Assembly (NCBI GenBank): GCA_964588505.1
Contig: CAZPPQ010000003.1
Span: forward strand, 1 to 35,155
Reading direction: 5' to 3'
Length of the DNA stretch: 35,155 nucleotides
Origin: an uncultured Gammaproteobacteria bacterium
GTDB lineage: Bacteria > Patescibacteriota > Patescibacteriia > UBA9934 > GWF2-40-263
This document shows positions 33,359-35,155 of this stretch, piece by piece. Position numbers and translations under genes: made by a program. The notes beneath the pieces are model-generated. The model did not search any database and was not told the origin of the DNA. It saw nothing but the letters and a program-made list of their open reading frames with translations. Numbering within the stretch: position 1 is the stretch's first letter; every line of letters starts with the position of its first letter.

Positions 33359-35014
33359 ATGCCTTTGGAGGAATTACTTTTTCAAATCGGGGCCATTATT
33401 GTTATCGCTTCCGGCCTTGCCATGGTTGCCCACCGCTTGCGCCAGCCGCTCATCATCGCGTACATCCTGGCAGGTGTTGTTGTTGGTCCGAGTTTATTCG
33501 GGATCGTCCGGTCCTCTGAAATGTTCGACGCACTCTCGCAAATTGGTGTCGCGTTTTTGTTGTTCACGATCGGCCTCGGGTTGAATTGGCGCAAAGTGCG
33601 GGAGGTTGGAAGCATCGCGTTCGCGGCAGGAATCGGACAAATCGTTTTGACCGCTCTTTTTGGGTTCGTCCTTTCGCTGTATCTTGGATTCCCGCTTCTC
33701 ACGAGCCTTTATCTTTCGATCGCGCTTACCTTTTCGAGCACCATCATTGTCGTGAAGCTCCTAATGGATAAAGAGGAGATTGACACGTTGTACGGTCGCA
33801 TTACAGTCGGAATTCTCCTCGTACAGGATTTTGTTGCCATGCTTCTCTTGCTTGCGATCGGAGCAATCGGCCGCGGGGCCGGTGTGCAGGATATCTTGAT
33901 TCAGTCGCTTCTCAAAGGACTCATTGTTCTGCCGATCCTCTGGATTGTCTCCGCAAAACTCATCCCGCGCATCGTCGCATACGCGGCGCGATCGCAGGAG
34001 CTTCTGTTCATGTTCGCCATTTCCTGGTGCTTTCTCGTAACTGGTGTTTTCGCGTGGTTCGGATTCGGATTTGAGTTTGGCGCGCTCATGGCAGGCGTTT
34101 CGCTTTCCGGCACGCTCTTTCATCGTGAAATGACAACGCGTGTCCGTCCGATCCGCGACTTTTTTCTCATCATTTTTTTCATCGTGCTCGGGACACATCT
34201 ACAGATTTCATCGCTCAAGGATTTGTGGATCCCGCTTGTCGTGTTTTCCATTTTTGTCCTGATCGCGAAGCCGGTGATTGTTCTGATTTTGACGCGCGCG
34301 TTTGGGTATCATCCGCGCACCGGCTTTCTCACGGGCGTTTCGCTCGCGCAAATTTCTGAGTTTTCGTTCATCCTTCTTGCGGCCGGAATCGCGATGAATC
34401 ATCTTCATCCTGATGCTCTCGCACTCATGACCGAAGTCGCGATTATCACGATCGCGTGCAGCTCCTATGGAATCGTTCACAATGAGAGCCTTTATGAGCG
34501 TCTGATAAAATTTCTCTGCTGGTTTCGACCGTCATGTGCAAAAGCCGGCAGGCATATAAAAGAAAAGAAGGAAACGAGCCGTGTCATCATGTTCGGATTT
34601 CATCGCCTTGGCACTGGCGCGCTCGAGATGATCCGTTCGTTGCACCGGCCGTATCTCATTGTGGATTTTGATCCGCAAGTAATTCGCGACTTGCATATCC
34701 AAGGCGAGCCGGCAGTGTACGGTGATGCGGCAGACGAGCACTTTCTCTCCGAATTGCAAGTCGAAAATGCCACGTCAATCATTTCAACGATTCCGGATGC
34801 CGGAGTAAGCTTGTCCATCCTTTCTTATTTACACCGTAAACGGTTTCGCGGAGCCGCGATTGTCTGCGCGAGGACGCACGAGGAGGCCGAGTCGTGCTAC
34901 AAGGCCGGCGCGACGTATGTGCTTGTGCCAAACCTACTCGGAGGAGAGAAGTTCAGGGAGATGCTGGAGGAAAAGGGGTTCGGCAAAATCGCATGGGCGC
35001 GAAAGAAGAAATAG
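33359..35014 (+). CDS. CPA2 (KefB/KefC-like) cation:proton antiporter with TrkA-N/KTN domain
   Basis: Many TM helices, FSST, LLVQD, AQISEFSF; C-terminal GFHRLG...YGDA. Confidence 0.92.
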   Translation: MPLEELLFQIGAIIVIASGLAMVAHRLRQPLIIAYILAGVVVGPSLFGIVRSSEMFDALSQIGVAFLLFTIGLGLNWRKVREVGSIAFAAGIGQIVLTALFGFVLSLYLGFPLLTSLYLSIALTFSSTIIVVKLLMDKEEIDTLYGRITVGILLVQDFVAMLLLLAIGAIGRGAGVQDILIQSLLKGLIVLPILWIVSAKLIPRIVAYAARSQELLFMFAISWCFLVTGVFAWFGFGFEFGALMAGVSLSGTLFHREMTTRVRPIRDFFLIIFFIVLGTHLQISSLKDLWIPLVVFSIFVLIAKPVIVLILTRAFGYHPRTGFLTGVSLAQISEFSFILLAAGIAMNHLHPDALALMTEVAIITIACSSYGIVHNESLYERLIKFLCWFRPSCAKAGRHIKEKKETSRVIMFGFHRLGTGALEMIRSLHRPYLIVDFDPQVIRDLHIQGEPAVYGDAADEHFLSELQVENATSIISTIPDAGVSLSILSYLHRKRFRGAAIVCARTHEEAESCYKAGATYVLVPNLLGGEKFREMLEEKGFGKIAWARKKK

Positions 35015-35055
35015 TGTGCCACACTGAATTTCTGACTTCCTACGCGGCCCCTCGA

Positions 35056-35095
35056 CCCGACCGAACGACTTGAGTCGTTCGGTCGGGCGGGCAGG
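35056..35095. repeat. REP-like perfect palindrome
   Basis: cccgaccgaacgact-tg-agtcgttcggtcggg (15-bp arms) followed by cgggcagg. Confidence 0.75.
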
Positions 35096-35155
35096 CCCGT
35101 GGAATAAATGAGAAACCTTGACCAAAAATCGTCTTTGGAGTAAGGTTCGCGGTTG

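Overview
Bacterial chromosomal segment whose gene content (solitary VirD4/TrwB-like ATPase, TM0106 nuclease, membrane-anchored clan GH-A hydrolase, SD-less core genes, many small palindromic and heptamer repeats) points to a Patescibacteria/CPR genome; this is an inference. Core genes: cysS, a UvrD/PcrA helicase, lexA, a degenerate MetK homolog, cyclophilin, class II B12-dependent RNR (nrdJ) followed by a Nudix-CobO fusion, ftsI-like PBP, murF, cfa, a KefB/C-type antiporter, tRNA-Pro(CGG) and tRNA-Glu(CTC). The most unusual signals are: (1) a nested tRNA-Pro locus where an intact tRNA, bracketed by an 11-bp inverted repeat, sits between the 5' and 3' halves of a second, repeat-interrupted copy; (2) a clean split in translation initiation, with eight stand-alone accessory genes carrying strong SD sites and their own terminators (three also with near-consensus promoters) while core genes lack SD and almost all start at TATG; (3) two copies of a co-varying long hairpin flanking lexA; (4) a MetK homolog missing several catalytic and substrate-binding residues, followed by a phosphatase-like and a kinase-like gene; (5) small repeats inserted in frame into cysS and cobO. 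All calls come from reading the sequence by eye; no database searches were run.
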